From: Obrimoposthia wandeli
Taxonomy: Eukaryota
NCBI GenBank assembly: GCA_977020255.1
Contig: CDROCS010000253.1
Location: forward strand, 1,612,001-1,676,000
Length of the DNA stretch: 64,000 nucleotides
Direction of reading: 5' to 3'
The notes under the pieces are model-generated. The model ran no database searches and was not told the origin of the DNA. It was given only the letters and a program-made list of their open reading frames with translations. A program made the translations under genes and the position numbers. Positions 62,326-64,000 of this stretch are shown piece after piece (within the stretch, counting starts at the first letter, position 1; every line of letters begins with the position of its first letter).

Positions 62326-63363
62326 ATGACACCAATTCGCTTGACCCAATACTCACACGGCGCAGGCTGTGGCTGTAAAATTTCGCCATCTGTACTTGAT
62401 GTGATGTTAAAATCATCACTTGCTTTACCTGAGAATAACGCACTTTTAGTGGGTAATAGCACTAAAGACGATGCGGCTGTTTTCGATATTGGTAATGATC
62501 AAGGCGTGATCTCAACTACTGATTTTTTTATGCCTATTGTCGATGACCCAACTGACTTTGGTAAAATTGCCGCCTGTAATGCTATTAGCGATATTTATGC
62601 TATGGGCGGAAAACCGATAATGGCGATAGCTATTTTAGGTTGGCCAGTTAATATTTTAGCTCCGGAAGTTGCTCAACAAGTACTTGATGGTGCTAGAGCT
62701 ATCTGTGCTGAGGCAGGGATCCCGTTAGCAGGTGGTCATTCAATTGATGCACCAGAGCCAATTTTTGGCTTAGCGGTTACTGGCCTGATTAATAACGCGC
62801 ATATTAAGCGAAATAATACCGCAGAGGTTGGTGATCTTTTATATTTAACTAAGCCGTTAGGTATTGGTATTTTAACTACGGCGGAAAAACAAGGGAAACT
62901 GTTACCTGAACACGCGAAAATAGCGCCACAAGTGATGAAAACCTTAAATACTATAGGGCAAAAATTTGCAGCATTGGAGTCGGTTACTGCCATGACCGAT
63001 GTGACTGGTTTTGCACTGTTAGGGCATCTTTTAGAAATGTGTCAAGGCAGTGATGTTGCGGCTGTTATCGATTTCAAAAAAGTACCGAGTCTTGATTTCG
63101 TCAATGATTATATCGACCAAGGCTGCGTACCTGGCGGCTGTGAGCGAAACTTTACCAGTTATGGCGAACACGTTGGGCCGTTAAGCCCCAAACAGAAAAT
63201 ACTTTTATGTGATCCTCAAACCAGTGGCGGTTTACTTGTAGCAGTGAAGCCACAAGGCAAAGAAGCTTTTGAAACACTATGCCAAGAGAATGGTCTTAAT
63301 CTACAGCCTATTGGTGAACTCGTGGCGGCAGTGGCAACCGCGCCAACTGTGAGTTTATTGTAA
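62326..63363 (+). CDS. selD: Selenide, water dikinase (Cys-type)
   Basis: [50 protein letters not shown]. Confidence 0.97.
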   Translation: MTPIRLTQYSHGAGCGCKISPSVLDVMLKSSLALPENNALLVGNSTKDDAAVFDIGNDQGVISTTDFFMPIVDDPTDFGKIAACNAISDIYAMGGKPIMAIAILGWPVNILAPEVAQQVLDGARAICAEAGIPLAGGHSIDAPEPIFGLAVTGLINNAHIKRNNTAEVGDLLYLTKPLGIGILTTAEKQGKLLPEHAKIAPQVMKTLNTIGQKFAALESVTAMTDVTGFALLGHLLEMCQGSDVAAVIDFKKVPSLDFVNDYIDQGCVPGGCERNFTSYGEHVGPLSPKQKILLCDPQTSGGLLVAVKPQGKEAFETLCQENGLNLQPIGELVAAVATAPTVSLL

Positions 63364-64000
63364 TGACAGTAACGAGCATAAGCACACCAGCAACAGAGCG
63401 AGCCGACAGTAGCGATTTTCGCACTATTATTCGTGATAAAACGCCTTTAATGGATGTACGTGCCCCGATTGAGTTTGAAAAGGGTGCTTTTAGTCAATCG
63501 ATTAATTACCCGCTAATGAATAACGATGAACGTGCGGAAGTGGGGCTTTGTTATAAAAATAAGGGACAAACGGCCGCCATCACTTTGGGTAATGCGCTAG
63601 TTTCAGGACAGAGTAAAGCAACCCGATTGGTACAATGGCAAGATTTTGCGCGAGAAAATCCACAAGGTTATTTATATTGTTTTCGTGGCGGTTTGCGTTC
63701 ACAAACGGTGCAGCGCTGGTTGAAAGAGTCAGGTATTAACTATCCACTGATTACAGGAGGCTATAAAGCACTTCGTCAATTTTTACTGAATGAGCTTGAG
63801 CAACTCGCGTTACATCCCTTAACTATTTTAGCCGGTAATACCGGTAGTGGCAAAACGCCTTTTCTGGCCCATTGTGTTAACAGTTTAGATTTAGAAGGTG
63901 CAGCAGGGCATCGAGGCTCAAGTTTTGGTGGCTTTGTTACACCGCAAGCCAATCAAATAAATTTCGAAAATAAGCTGGCTGAACAATATATCAGGGGTAA
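63363..64000 (+). CDS. mnmH: tRNA 2-selenouridine synthase, 5' part (runs off the window)
   Basis: TAATG overlap with selD; translates to rhodanese [18 protein letters not shown]-loop [22 protein letters not shown]; no stop before 64000. Confidence 0.93.
   Translation, partial: MTVTSISTPATERADSSDFRTIIRDKTPLMDVRAPIEFEKGAFSQSINYPLMNNDERAEVGLCYKNKGQTAAITLGNALVSGQSKATRLVQWQDFARENPQGYLYCFRGGLRSQTVQRWLKESGINYPLITGGYKALRQFLLNELEQLALHPLTILAGNTGSGKTPFLAHCVNSLDLEGAAGHRGSSFGGFVTPQANQINFENKLAEQYIRG

Noticed and set aside
24-62993. Many short ORF-track entries antisense to or overlapping confident genes (e.g. 24-359, 4305-4550, 32118-32537, 36806-37048, 41075-41407, 54259-54570)
   Set aside because: Shadow ORFs of well-supported genes, with no motifs of their own

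Overview
Low-GC chromosomal window from a marine gammaproteobacterium; gene order and protein style suggest Alteromonadales, most like Colwellia (inference). The backbone is housekeeping: ampG-cyclophilin-yajG-rlmG, bolA-fabV, glyA, nrdR-ribD-ribE-ribB(X), a csp gene, valS-holC-pepA, lptF-lptG, tRNA-Leu(CAA), ppiC, gltBD and selD-mnmH (the last gene runs off the window). Accessory features are: a tyrosine-recombinase + IS91-family transposase element with hairpin ends; a PAS-GGDEF-EAL protein with a 223-aa heptad tandem repeat; a hydrolase/ABC exporter/ECF sigma cluster; a 1250-aa lipoprotein next to a beta-barrel gene; an RND pump with a TetR regulator and paired operators; a Y1 (RAYT/IS200-like) transposase between short inverted repeats; and three copies of a nested ERIC-like miniature repeat. 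The most unusual signals are absent from the ORF track. One is a 44-codon ORF coupled by TAATG overlaps between lptF and lptG that is a diverged, frame-preserving copy of the LptG N-terminus. The other is a decayed tRNA-Leu duplicate 432 bp downstream of the intact tRNA, bracketing ppiC. All assignments are from motif recognition only; no database searches were run.
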